64,000 nucleotides of DNA from an uncultured Candidatus Rokubacteria bacterium (lineage in GTDB: Bacteria > Methylomirabilota > Methylomirabilia > Rokubacteriales > CSP1-6), in NCBI GenBank assembly GCA_963758635.1, contig CAVWWD010000003.1, positions 512,001 through 576,000 on the forward strand, written 5' to 3'. Position 1 is the stretch's first letter; each line of letters begins with the position of its first letter. The translations under genes were made by a program, and so were the position numbers. The notes beneath the pieces are model-generated. The model was given only the letters and a program-made list of their open reading frames with translations. It was not told the DNA's origin and did no database searches. This document shows, piece by piece, positions 1-10,081 of this stretch.

Positions 1-500
1 ACGCCGCGCCCTCCGCGTAGTCGCGGAGCACCGCCTCGTAGGCGGGGCCCGCGGTGAAGTCGCGCGTGAAGCGATCCACGTCGAGCCCGCACTCGCGCGC
101 GATCCCGCCCAGGACGTCGAGGCGGCCGATGTCCAGGTTGTCGCCGAAGTGGGCGTCGAAGATCCGGCGATGGAACGTGTCGAACGCCGCGGGACCCTGG
201 GCCTCCGCGCACTTCGCGGCGGTGAGGGCGGGCACGCTCGACTCGGGCAGCGCGATCCCGAGATCGGGCGGCACGAAGCGGGCGCGCCGCTCCTCGGCGC
301 CGGCGCGGCGTCGGCCCTCCTGCGTGGCCGCGCTCGCGCGCCGGTCGGGCCGCCGGTCGGGGATGAGCGGAAACGTGCGCCACTGGACCCGCACCCGGTC
401 CCCGTACGCCTCCGCCACCTCGTCGAGCCGCACCGCGGCGTTGTAGCACCACGGTCAGAGGTAGTCGGAGAAGACGTTCGAGGCGGATCGGCCCGCTCAT
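1..500 (-). CDS. DsbA/FrnE-like thioredoxin-fold selenoprotein (UxxC), 3' end runs off the window
   Basis: Manual translation of the minus strand gives MSGPIRL(D)VFSDYL-TGA-PWCYNAAVRL...VRVQWRTFPL...AKCAEAQG...FHRRIFDAHF, open to base 1. TGA at 457..455 sits at the first Cys of the DsbA CPWC motif. One extra base near 478 is needed to join the ATG at 500, which overlaps the grdB stop (ATGA). Absent from the ORF track. Confidence 0.85.
   Translation of the reverse strand, partial: MSGPIRLERLLRLPLTVVLQRRGAARRGGGGVRGPGAGPVAHVSAHPRPAARPARERGHAGGPTPRRRRGAARPLRAARSRDRAARVERARPHRREVRGGPGSRGVRHVPSPDLRRPLRRQPGHRPPRRPGRDRARVRARRGSLHARLHRGPRLRGGAPRLRGGRG
427..439 (-). promoter_or_regulatory. putative bacterial SECIS hairpin for the DsbA-like selenoprotein
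   Basis: Minus strand GCCGC-GGT-GCGGC stem-loop beginning 15 nt after the UGA; G-leading loop. Confidence 0.55.
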
Positions 501-1858
501 GCCGGGCCCGGCGGCGTCCCCGGCGCTTCCCGCCCCTCGGGCGCGGGAGCGGCGGCGAAGACGGTCGGCTGGACGACCTCGGTGGACAGCGCACGCAAGG
601 CGCTCTCGACGATGCGCCGGCGGAGCGCGCGCTCGTCCTCGGCCGACAGGTCGGCGTTGCCCAGCGGATGGATGATGCCGGCGGCGGGAACGATCCGGTT
701 CGCTCCCACCATCACGGCGACGGGCGTCATCGTGGACACCTGCACGGTCGGCAGGCCCGCGCGCTCCAGCTCCTTGGCGATCGCTGCGCCGCAGCGAGTG
801 CTGGTCCCTCAGGTGGAGGTCAGGATGACCGCATCCACCCCGGCGGCGCGGAGCTGCTCGGCGATCTCCCGCCCCATGCGCTGGCTGTGGGCGAGGGTGG
901 TGGCCACGCCGGTCGTCGAGTAGACGGTCTCGTGGAGCTTGCCGATGGCGCCCTGCTGCTCCAGCTCGCGCGCCGCATCCACGGGCACGAGGCGATGCGG
1001 GTCCTGCTTGACGTAGGTCGTGTCGTAGCCGCGGTGCACGTTGTCGTACCGGGCGGGATCGAGGCCGGCCTGCCCCTGGATGGTGTAGGCGCCCCAGCGG
1101 GTGGCGGCGAGCGCCTCGATGCCGTCGGGGTTGCCGAGGGGCACGATGCCGCCGTCGGTCACCAGCGCGATGGTCGCGCGGGACAGCGCCCCGACGGCGG
1201 GTGGCGCGGCCACGCGCGGGAAGTCGGGCAGGGGCACCTCGCTCCGCAGCGGGCGCCCGGCCAGCTTGTCCAGCAGCATGGCCACGGCGCGCTGGGCGGC
1301 CGGCCGCTCGGTGAGCGCGTTCTTCGTGACGCCGCGGGGGAAGGTGCCCTCGGCCTCGGGCGTACCGAGCGACTCGCCCCGGACGAGCCGGAGCCCGAGC
1401 GCGACGAGACGGCGCGCGTCATCGAGCATCCGGGTGGCCTCGGCGCCCGTCCGCACGATGGGCACGTCGCGGCGATGGAGGTCCACGCCGGGGTTCTCGG
1501 CGTGCATGCCGGTGACCGCGGGCACCCCGAGCCGGGCCGTGACCGCCGCGCAGAGCGCGCCGCACGCCACGCCGTAGCGGCCGGCCTGGAAGGCCGGGCC
1601 GGCGATCACCATGTCCGGCCGCTCGGCTTCGACGAGCGCGGCGATCTCGGCCACCGCGGCTTCCCCGCGCTCGGCCACGTAGTTGTCGCCGCAGATCACC
1701 GTCGCCACCACCGTGCCGGCGTCGCCCAGCGCCTGCTGGACCGCGCGTGCCGCCCCCACCGCCCCGGGCTCGGCGATCGGGGGCAGGCCGGCCTTGTCCT
1801 CGCCGCCCTTCTGGCCGAAGAACTGGTTCACGTAGCAGACGACCCTCAGTGCCGACAT
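497..1858 (-). CDS. grdB: glycine/sarcosine/betaine reductase selenoprotein B family (Sec at codon 350)
   Basis: ORF 809..1858 (RVVCYVNQFFGQKGGEDKA, ICGDNY, GPAFQAGRYG, ALVTDGGIVP) ends VILTST-TGA. The same frame continues GTSTRCGAAIAKELERAGLP...VGANRIVP...HPLG to 497. Confidence 0.93.
781..797 (-). promoter_or_regulatory. putative SECIS hairpin of grdB
   Basis: Perfect stem TCGCTGC-GGC-GCAGCGA starting 11 nt downstream of the UGA at 811..809. Confidence 0.7.
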
Positions 1859-1875
1859 GTGGCTCTCCTCGCCGC

Positions 1876-1936
1876 TTCGCGGCTCGGTTCATTCGCGGCT
1901 CGGTTCATGTCGCTCGGTTCAGTGCTCGGTTCAGTG
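1876..1936. repeat. four short tandem repeats (TGAACCGAGC core on the minus strand) in the grdE-grdB spacer
   Basis: gctcggttca occurs 4 times between 1882 and 1933; the last copy contains the grdE stop codon. Confidence 0.85.
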
Positions 1937-3195
1937 GATCAGGGCCTGCAGGCGCGCGGCGCCCACCTGCTCGATCGAGCCGCAGAGCGCGCCGTAGCTG
2001 GTCAGGATCTCGCCGAGGAACGTGCCCTCGGATCCCTCGGCGCCGACGACGCGCTCCACCGCGGGCAGCCGGAGCTTCTCCTGCCCGCCGCCCACGTTCA
2101 CGAGCGCGTCCATGCCGGGGAAGTTGAACAGCAGCATGCCCTCCTGGCTGCCGTCGGTGGACATGTCCTCGACGATCAGCGTGGTCTTGACCCCGAGGGC
2201 CTCGCACTGGGCCGCGGCCTGCGCCATGTCCACGTGCGGCGCCCCGCCGCCGATCTTGGTGAAGACCGCGCCGTCCGCGCCCAGCACGTGCGCCACCTGG
2301 CCCGCGGCCATCGCCGCCCCGCGCACGCGCTCGGGCTCGGTGGCCTGGGCCACCGTGAGCACCACCCCGGCGAACCACAGCGTGCGCCCGTGCTCGGCGT
2401 AGAGCGCCCGGATCACCGGATGGTTCTGGATGGCGTGGGTCGTGGAGTTCCGTCCCATGAAGCCGCGCACCACGGCGCCGTCGAGCACCTCGTTCGGGTG
2501 GACCACGCGTCGGCAGCATGCGGCGCACCGGATCGCCGTAGAGGATGCCCTCGTCGATGCCGGTGGGCCGCTGGTGCGAGTGGATCTGGAACACGTAGGC
2601 GACGCGGGGCAGGTGCTCGAGCGCGGCCGGCACGCGCGTGGCCGCGGGCAGCTCGAACGTCTCCACGGAGTCGGCGGGCGCGTCACCCGCGGCGCGAGCC
2701 AGGTACACCGCGGCCTTGAGGCCGGCGAGCCGGAGCGCGGCCAGGTACTCGGAGCGGCCGGCGCCCGCCGCGGCCGACGCCGCGATCACGAGCTGGTGGC
2801 TCCCCGCGTACTCGGTGAGCGCCGCTCCCGGGCCCGACATGTCGAGCAGGGCCAGGGCGGAGGGGTTGTCCAGGTCGCGGTCGGTGACGATGACCGACGC
2901 GCCGGCGAGCGCCCGCGTCCGGCCGCTCCCCGCGCGCGCCATGGCGCCGAGCACGCCGGGGAAGTCCTCGCCGCCGTCCATCTTCGCGCGGGGCGCGATC
3001 ACGTCGAAGATGCGCGCGATGCGGCAGGACTCGCCGGGATGGGCGAGGTCCAGGCGCACGCGCGTGAGGCGCGCGTCGGACTCCAGGTGGCGGGCGAGGT
3101 CGTCGAGGTCGAGCTCGAGCCGGCCGCCGGCAAGGCGCGTGGCCGAGCGCGGCGACCATCGAATCGACGCGGGACCAGAGAAGATCGAGGCGCAT
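1931..3195 (-). CDS. grdE: glycine/sarcosine/betaine reductase component B proprotein (GrdE/GrdG/GrdI family), 2 frameshifts
   Basis: Pieces MRLDLLWSRV / LDLAHPGESCRIARIFDVIAPRAK...ALRLAGLKAAVYLA...LPRVAYVFQ...LYGD / VHPNEVLDGAVV...QNHPVIRALY...LGADGAVFTK. Frame changes near 3145 and 2505. Directly upstream of grdB. Confidence 0.85.
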
Positions 3196-3305
3196 GCTCC
3201 GGGGCTCCCTTTCCGAGCGATTCTCGCTGCTTCGTGCTCCCGTGCGCAAGCCGGAGCGGCGGGCCGCCCCCGGCGGCCCGCACGAGGCACGCGGCCTCAC
3301 GCGCG

Positions 3306-3335
3306 TTGACCCCTCTCGCGGGCGAGGCGTACGCT
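3306..3335 (+). promoter_or_regulatory. putative sigma70 promoter upstream of the Uma2 gene
   Basis: TTGACC-N18-TACGCT. Confidence 0.45.
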
Positions 3336-3427
3336 CTCCGCGTGTATCCAATCCGCGGCGTATCGAACATTGGACGCTGACGCCAGGAGGATGGAGACGT
3401 AGCGTGGACGAGCCAGGAGGCGAGGAC

Positions 3428-3993
3428 ATGGCGCTGGCCCTGAGGCGGCATCGCTTCACGGTCGAGGAGTATCACCGGATGGTCGACGCGGGGATTCTCA
3501 CCGCCGACGACCGCGTGGAGCTCATCGAGGGCGAGATCGTCGAGATGACCGCGATCGGTCCGGTTCACGCGAGCGTCGTGGCGAGGCTCAACAGCCTTCT
3601 CGTGCCCCGGCTGACGGGTCGCGCGATCGTCTGGCCCCAGAACCCACTGGTCATGGTCGCGCCAGGCGTCCGAGTTTCAGCCCGACCTGGCGCTCCTCCG
3701 ACCGAAGCCCGACTTCTACGCCTCGGGCAACCCCGGCGCCGTCCGATGCGCTCCTCGTCATCGAGGTCATGGACACGTCCGTGGTGAAGGACCGGCGGGT
3801 GAAGCTCCGGATCTACGCGCGTGCCGGCGTCGCCGAGGTCTGGCTGATCGACGTGAACCGCGCCACCGTCGAGGTCTGCCGCCGCCCGACCGGAGACGAC
3901 TACGCCGAGCGCCGGATCATCGGACGCGAGGGCTCCGTCGCGCCGCGCGCCTTCCCCGACCTCGACCTCCCCGTGTCCGAGATCCTCGGCTGA
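3428..3993 (+). CDS. Uma2/DUF820 family restriction-endonuclease-like protein (frameshifted)
   Basis: MALALRRHRFTVEEYHRM...RVELIEGEIVEM..IGPVH, then QPDLALLR, LLVIEV.DTS..KDRRVKLRIYARAGVAEVWLID. RBS GAGG upstream. Confidence 0.9.
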
Positions 3994-5178
3994 TCAGCGC
4001 GCGAGGGCGGCGCGCATCACCGCGAGGGCAGTCCGGAGGCCCACCGCCAGCCCGCCCTCGTTCATGACGAACTCCGGCGCGTGGTGCGGCGGGATGGGCC
4101 CCTCGTCCGGAGCGATGCCCACGCGGAAGTAGCAGCCGGGCCGCTCGCGCAGGAACAGGCTCATGTCGTCGCTCGCCATCACGAGCCGCCCGTCCGTCAC
4201 CGACTCCGCGCCGATCTCCTCCGACACGGAGCGCCGCACGAGCTCCGACTCCTTCGGGAGGTTCACCACCGCGGGGCACGAGTAGTCCAGGCGCATGCTC
4301 GCCTCCGCGCGGTAGGCGTGGGCGATGTCCGACACGAACGAGCCCAGGCGCGTCACCAGGTGGTCGCGCACCTTCTGCTCGAAGGCGCGGATGGTGCCGG
4401 TCATGAAGGCGGTGTCCGGGATGATGTTGCCCTTGGTGCCGGAGACGATCTGGCCCACGGTGAGGACGGCGGTCTCGTGCGCCGCGACCTCCCGGGACAC
4501 CAGGCTCTGCATGCCGAGCAGGATGTTCGCCGCGGTGGTGATGGGATCCACCGAGAGGTGCGGCATCGCGCCGTGGCCGCCCTTGCCGCGGATCTCCACG
4601 GTGAAGGCGTCGGCGGAGGCCATGGACGGCCCCGGGCGCACCTGCACCTGGCCCACGCGCTGCAGCGTGGTGAGGTGCAGGCCGTAGATCTCCTCCACGT
4701 GCGGGTTCTCGAGCGCGCCCGCCTCGATCATGGGCCTCGCCCCGCCCAGCACTTCCTCGGCGGGCTGGAAGATGAACACCGCGGTGCCCGGCATCTCCGC
4801 CCGTCGCGCGGCCATGATCTCGGCCAGGGTGATCGCGATCGCGGTGTGGCCGTCGTGGCCGCACGCGTGCATGACGCCTTTCGCGCCGGACGTGAACGGG
4901 GCCTCCAGAAGCTCGGTGAGGGGCAGCGCGTCGATGTCCGCGCGCCAGGCGATCGTCGGCCCGGGGCGGTCGCCGCGCAGCACGCCCACGACCCCGGTGC
5001 CGCCCACGCCGGCGCGCACCTCGACCTTCGCGGCGGAGAGGCGCTCGGCGATGATCTCCGAGGTCCGGCGCTCCTGGTGGGAGAGCTCCGGATGCCGGTG
5101 GAAGTCGCGGCGCAGCGCGACCAGGGCGTCTTCCCGGCTCGCCGCTTCCTCGGTCCATTGAAGGCGCGTCTTGCTCAT
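3994..5178 (-). CDS. M20 family amidohydrolase
   Basis: RRDFHRHPELS, RADIDALP, MHACGHDGH, FQPAEE, GKGGHGAMPH, PHHAPEF. Confidence 0.95.
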   Translation of the reverse strand: MSKTRLQWTEEAASREDALVALRRDFHRHPELSHQERRTSEIIAERLSAAKVEVRAGVGGTGVVGVLRGDRPGPTIAWRADIDALPLTELLEAPFTSGAKGVMHACGHDGHTAIAITLAEIMAARRAEMPGTAVFIFQPAEEVLGGARPMIEAGALENPHVEEIYGLHLTTLQRVGQVQVRPGPSMASADAFTVEIRGKGGHGAMPHLSVDPITTAANILLGMQSLVSREVAAHETAVLTVGQIVSGTKGNIIPDTAFMTGTIRAFEQKVRDHLVTRLGSFVSDIAHAYRAEASMRLDYSCPAVVNLPKESELVRRSVSEEIGAESVTDGRLVMASDDMSLFLRERPGCYFRVGIAPDEGPIPPHHAPEFVMNEGGLAVGLRTALAVMRAALAR

Positions 5179-5256
5179 GTGTGATGTCTCCCCTCGGCCC
5201 GCATCATTCGCGAGCGAATGCGGACCTTGCGCAGACGGTGAGTCCACTGAGCTTGG

Positions 5257-6873
5257 TCATGAATGGGGCGGGTTCTTGGTCACGTAGCCTTCGAGGACGT
5301 CGCGGGCGCGGAGCGCGGGATCGCGCTCCGCGGGCGGACCGTATCCGCCGCCTCCGGGGATGCGGACTTCGACCACCGCGCCGGGATCGAGGAGCTGCTC
5401 GGCCTTGGGGTTCGCCGGGGCATGGCCGTCCACGAGCACGGCGCCGGGGGCGCCCGCCTCGCCGCCGAAGAAGCCTTGGGCGGGGATGCGCGTCCGGTCG
5501 CAGAGGACGGAGCAGAGCCACGGCTCCTGCGTGCGCACGCCGAAGCGGATCACCTGACCGAGGCCGCCGCGGTGCCGCCCGTCGCCGCCGGAGCCGTCGC
5601 GGAGCGACTTTTCCTCCACGACCAGGGGCGAGAGCGTCTCGATCACCTCCACCGGCGTCCCGAGCACGCCCGACGGGAACGCGGTGGCGGAGAGACCGTC
5701 CTTCACCGGCCGCGCTCCGGTGCCGCCCGACGTGAAGAACACGTAGGTGAAGGGCCGCCGCGCCTCGTCCTTGCCCGACACCTGGATGCCCCAGATGTTG
5801 GCCGAGCCCTCGGCCATGACGCTGTCCGGCACGGCCTCGCGCAGCGCGCCGGCCACCGCGTGGGGCAGGAAGTGCCCGACGATGTGGCGGGCCGCCACCG
5901 GCGCGGGCGGCTGCGCGTTCAGGATGGAGCCCCGGGGCGCCGTGATGCGGAGAGGACGGAAGGCGCCCTCGTTGTTCGGCACGTCCGGGCTCACGATCAC
6001 CTTCACGCCGTACGTGGTGTACGCCTCGGTGTAGTTCATCACCACGTTGATGCCGCGCCGGCTCTCCGGCGACGAGCCCGTGTAGTCCACCCACAGCTCG
6101 TCGCCCCGCGCCTCGCAGCGCACCGCGATCGTGATGGGCTCGCCGAAGCCGTCGGAGGTGATCGCGTACGTGTAGACGCCGCGGGCGAGCCGCCCGATGG
6201 ACTCGCGCATGGCCCGCTCCGTGCGCTCGATGATCTCGTCGGCCAGCGGCTCGAGCCGGGCGAAGCCGAACTCGGCCATGAACTCGAGCAGGCGCTCGCC
6301 GCCCACGTCGCCGCCGGCGATCTGGGCGTGGAAGTCGCCCATGACGAGGTCGGGCACCCGGGTGTTGGCGCGGATGAGGGCGGCCAGCGACGCGTCGAGC
6401 TTGCCGCCGGCGTAGAGCTTCATGATCGGGATGAAGAGGCCCTCCTCGTAGACCTCGCGGGCCTCCGCGGAGAGCACGTGGCCCCCGATGTCGGCGGTGT
6501 GGCACGTGGAGGCGAAGAGCGCCACGCAGTCCTTGCCGCGGAACACCGGCGTGCAGATCGTGACGTCGTTCAGGTGGCCCGAGCTCTTCCACGGGTCGTT
6601 GGTGATGAGCACGTCGCCGGGGCCGAGCGTATCCACCGGATGCTCGGCCACCATGTGCTTCACGGCCAGGGCCATCGAGTTGATGTGGCCCGGCGTGCCG
6701 GTCACCGCCTGGGCCACCATGAAGCCGCGGCGGTCGAAGACGCCGGCGGAGAGGTCGCCGGCCTCGCGCACGATCGAGGTGAACGACGTGCGCTGGAGCG
6801 CGGCGGCCTGCTCGTTGACCACGCCGATCAGCCGTTGCCAGCACACGTCGAGCGTGACCGGGTCGAGGGTCAT
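5257..6873 (-). CDS. hyuB: hydantoinase B / 5-oxoprolinase family subunit
   Basis: MTLDPVTL, RTSFTSIVREAGDLSAG, PGDVLITNDPW..SGHLND, HTADIGG, PGGGGYG. Confidence 0.92.
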   Translation of the reverse strand: MTLDPVTLDVCWQRLIGVVNEQAAALQRTSFTSIVREAGDLSAGVFDRRGFMVAQAVTGTPGHINSMALAVKHMVAEHPVDTLGPGDVLITNDPWKSSGHLNDVTICTPVFRGKDCVALFASTCHTADIGGHVLSAEAREVYEEGLFIPIMKLYAGGKLDASLAALIRANTRVPDLVMGDFHAQIAGGDVGGERLLEFMAEFGFARLEPLADEIIERTERAMRESIGRLARGVYTYAITSDGFGEPITIAVRCEARGDELWVDYTGSSPESRRGINVVMNYTEAYTTYGVKVIVSPDVPNNEGAFRPLRITAPRGSILNAQPPAPVAARHIVGHFLPHAVAGALREAVPDSVMAEGSANIWGIQVSGKDEARRPFTYVFFTSGGTGARPVKDGLSATAFPSGVLGTPVEVIETLSPLVVEEKSLRDGSGGDGRHRGGLGQVIRFGVRTQEPWLCSVLCDRTRIPAQGFFGGEAGAPGAVLVDGHAPANPKAEQLLDPGAVVEVRIPGGGGYGPPAERDPALRARDVLEGYVTKNPPHS

Positions 6874-6885
6874 CGGCTCCTGCCT

Positions 6886-6939
6886 TTGCCGCGAGGTGGT
6901 GTCATCGGCCGCCCGCCCTTGCCGTGAGGTGGTGTCATC
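6886..6939. repeat. two 21-bp direct repeats (33-nt period) upstream of hyuB
   Basis: ttgccgcgaggtggtgtcatc (6886-6906) and ttgccgtgaggtggtgtcatc (6919-6939). Confidence 0.8.
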
Positions 6940-6942
6940 CGC

Positions 6943-7020
6943 CCCTCACCCTGCCCTCTCCCCAAAGGGGAGAGGGTTCTTTCGACCCCCTCCCTGGAAG
7001 GGAGAGGGGTGGGGTGAGGG
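6943..7020. repeat. REP-like palindrome doublet (CCCTCTCCC-loop-GGGAGAGGG family)
   Basis: ccctcaccctgccctctccccaaaggggagaggg plus an inverted copy ccctccctggaagggagaggggtggggtgaggg; overlaps the 3' end of the methyltransferase. Confidence 0.8.
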
Positions 7021-7818
7021 TCGGTCGACCACGCCGGTGACGGACGCCTCGTGCATCGTCTGGGACGCGTCCGGCGTCTGCATCCACTCCGTGTAGGCGG
7101 AGAAGGCCTCCTCGCGCTCGGCCTCGCCGAGGACGCCCGCGGCCACCATCTGGCGGCCGCGGCTCTCGGCCACGAGCCGCCACATGCCGGCGGCCCGGAA
7201 GAAGTCGGGATCGCCCGCGCTCACCGTGGCTGCGTTGGCGGTCGCGCGGACCTCGCGCAGGCCGAGGGCCTCGAGCATCGCGGGGAGATGATCGGCGATG
7301 GCGTTGTCGAGGCCGGCGGCGGCCCGCCACTCCAGGAAGGCCGCGTGAAAGCGGGTCCACGCCGCGGGCGGCCGGCTCCACTCCGCCTTCACGTGGTTCC
7401 AGTCCTGGGCCATCACGCGGCCGCCCGGACCCGCCGCGCGCGCCATCGCGGCGAGCGCCACGCCCGCGTCGGGGATCCACTGGAGCACCCGGGAGGCGTT
7501 CACGAGGTCGAACTCGTCCGTCCAGTCGCTCTGGCGGATGTCGCCCCGGTAGAAGACGAGGTTCGGGACCTCGCCGGGCGGGCTCGCCTGCTCGGCCGCC
7601 GCGATCATCTCCGGGTTCACGTCCATCCCCACTGCGGGCGCGGGCGCCACGCGCCGCGCGATCTCCGCGGTGAGCGTGCCCGGCCCGCAGCCCACGTCGA
7701 GCACGGAGAGGCCGGGCCGGAGGTGCGGCAGGAGAGCGGGGTGGCTGTTGGCGAGCGTCCGTGCGGTCAGGATGCCCAGGGCCTCGACGGGGACGTAGGC
7801 GTGGTCCTGGTCGCGCAT
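6946..7818 (-). CDS. class I SAM-dependent methyltransferase
   Basis: MRDQDHAY...LRPGLSVLDVGCGPG...GMDVNPEMI...FDLVNASRVLQW. The ATG overlaps the hyuA stop (TGATG). It is the C-terminal part of the artefactual ORF 6946..10122. Confidence 0.88.
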   Translation of the reverse strand: MRDQDHAYVPVEALGILTARTLANSHPALLPHLRPGLSVLDVGCGPGTLTAEIARRVAPAPAVGMDVNPEMIAAAEQASPPGEVPNLVFYRGDIRQSDWTDEFDLVNASRVLQWIPDAGVALAAMARAAGPGGRVMAQDWNHVKAEWSRPPAAWTRFHAAFLEWRAAAGLDNAIADHLPAMLEALGLREVRATANAATVSAGDPDFFRAAGMWRLVAESRGRQMVAAGVLGEAEREEAFSAYTEWMQTPDASQTMHEASVTGVVDRPSPHPSPFQGGGRKNPLPFGERAG

Positions 7819-9918
7819 CACGCGGGCTCGACCACGATGGTCAGGGCCGGGTCGACGCGCACCCGCGCGCCCGGCCCGATCACGGTGGTGGACTCGCGTT
7901 CCTCGATCACGGCCGGCCCCGCGAGCTCCGCGCCGGGCCGGAGCGCGTAGCGGTCGTACACCGGCGTGTCGACGTAGCCCGGCGCCTCGGGGAAGTACGC
8001 GCGCCGCGAGGCCTTGGCCGCCGCGGCGGCGCCAGCTCCCGCGACGGCGGAGGCGGCGCTCATCGTGAACGTGGGCGCGGGCCCGCTCGCCACCACGCGC
8101 CAGTTGAGCGCCTCGATGGCCACGCCGAGCGGGCGTGCGGCTGTAGAGCGCGCGGTACGCGGCCTCGAACGCGCCGGTGATGGCGCCGAGGCTCGCCGCG
8201 GCCAGTGGGCCCGCGGGCAGCTCGCATTCCACCTCGTGCCCCTGGCCGACGTAGTGCATCTCCGCGGTGCGCCGGACGCGGATGTCCGCCTCCGCCACGC
8301 CGGAGCCGCGGAGGACGGCGCGGCCCTCCGCCTCCATCTCGACGAACAGGCGGTTCACCTGGTCCCAGTCGGCGGCGTCGAGGCGCTGCGGCGCGGTGCG
8401 GACGAAGTCGAACGCGAGCGGCGCGGCGAGGAGGCCGTACGCCGACATGGCGCCGGCGCCGAAGGGCACGAGCACGCGCGGCACGCGCAGGATCCGGCCC
8501 ACGTGCCAGGCGTGGACGGGGCCGGCGCCGCCGAACGCGAACAGCGGGTAGGCGCGCAGGTCCTTGCCGCGCTCGATGCCGTGGATGCGCGCGGCCGCGG
8601 CCATGTTCTCGTTCACGACACGGTGGATGCCCCACGCCGCCTCGGTGAGGGAGAGGCCCATCGGCCGGGCCACGCGCTCCTCGACGGCGCGCGCGGCGGC
8701 GTCCACGTCGAGCCGCATGCGGCCGCCGAGGAAGAAGCCGGGATCGAGGTACCCGAGGAGCAGGTCGGCGTCGGTCACGGTGGGCTCGCGGCCGCCCAGC
8801 GCGTAGCATGCGGGGCCCGGGTCGGCGCCCGCGCTGTCCGGGCCCACCTTGAGGAGCCCCATGCGGTCCACGCGCGCCACGGAGCCGCCGCCCGCGCCGA
8901 TCTCGATCATCTCGATGACGGGGACGCGGATCGGCAGGCCCGAGCCCTTCTTGAAGCGGTCGGCGCGCGCCACCTCGAACTCGCGGGCCACCAGCGGCTC
9001 GCCCCCGTCGATGACGCAGGCCTTCGCGGTGGTGCCGCCCATGTCGAAGGACAGGAGGCGACCCTCGCCGAGGCTCCGCGCGACGCGCGCGGCGGCGAGC
9101 GCGCCCGCCGCGGGCCCGGACTCCACGAGGCGGATCGGCACGCGCTTGGCCGTGGCCGGCGTGGCGATGCCGCCCGACGAGAGCATCACGTAGAAGGCGC
9201 CGGGCACGCCCATGTCGTGGAGCTTCGCCTCGAGGTCGTCCAGGTAGCGGGCCATGAGCGGCATCACGTAGACGTTGGCCACCGTGGTGGACGTGCGCTC
9301 GTACTCGCGGATCTCCGGGACCACGTCGGAGGAGCACGACACGGGGATGCCGGGCGCGATCTCGCGCGCGAGGGCGGCGAGCGCGCGCTCGTGGTCGGCG
9401 TTCCGGTAGGCGTGGAGCAGGCACACCGCGATGCCCTCGACACCATCCGCGACGAGCGCGCGGATGGCCTCCGCCGCGCCCGCCGTGTCGAGCGGGGTGC
9501 GCACCGAGCCGTCGGCGAGGATGCGCTCGCGCACCTCGCGCCGCAGGTGCCGCGGGGCGAGCGGCGCCGGCGGGTCGATGAACAGGTCGTACATGTCGTA
9601 GCGGCCCTCGCGCCCGATCTCCACCGCGTCGCGGAAGCCCTGGGTGGTGAGGAGCCCGGTGCGCGCGCCCTTGCGCTCGATGAGGGCGTTGGTGGCGAGC
9701 GTGGTGCCGTGGATCAGCGTGCGCACGGTGGCGGGCGCGCTCCCCGCGTCGTGGAGGAGGGTGACCACGCCCTGCTCGACGGCCTGCGCCGGCTCCTTCG
9801 GCGTGGTGAGGAGCTTGCCGACCCGCACCTCGCCGGTGGCGTCGTCCACCCAGACGAGGTCCGTGAACGTCCCGCCGATGTCGACGCCGATGCGGGAGGG
9901 GCCGGCGGTGGGCGTCAT
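7818..9918 (-). CDS. hyuA: hydantoinase A / oxoprolinase family subunit (frameshift near 8135)
   Basis: RIGVDIGGTFTD, HGTTLATNALIERKG, ESGPAAG, DMGGTTAK, GPDSAGADPGPACY. The C-terminus GPAVIEERESTTVI lies in ORF 7818..8123. Confidence 0.92.
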
Positions 9919-10081
9919 GGGCGCCCAGTTTACCAACAACGGCGCGAGAGCGCGGCCGCCGCCGTTCGCCGCGGCGGCCGAGCAAAGACCTGGGGCAGGG
10001 TGCGGGCGGGCGAAGCCCGGGCGCCCGCACCTGGTGGGCGCCGGGAGCGACCGGGCCGCCGGCGGGCTAGAATTCGAGCCG

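Noticed and set aside
497..745. Separate 82 aa gene
   Set aside because: It is the C-terminus of GrdB after the Sec codon.
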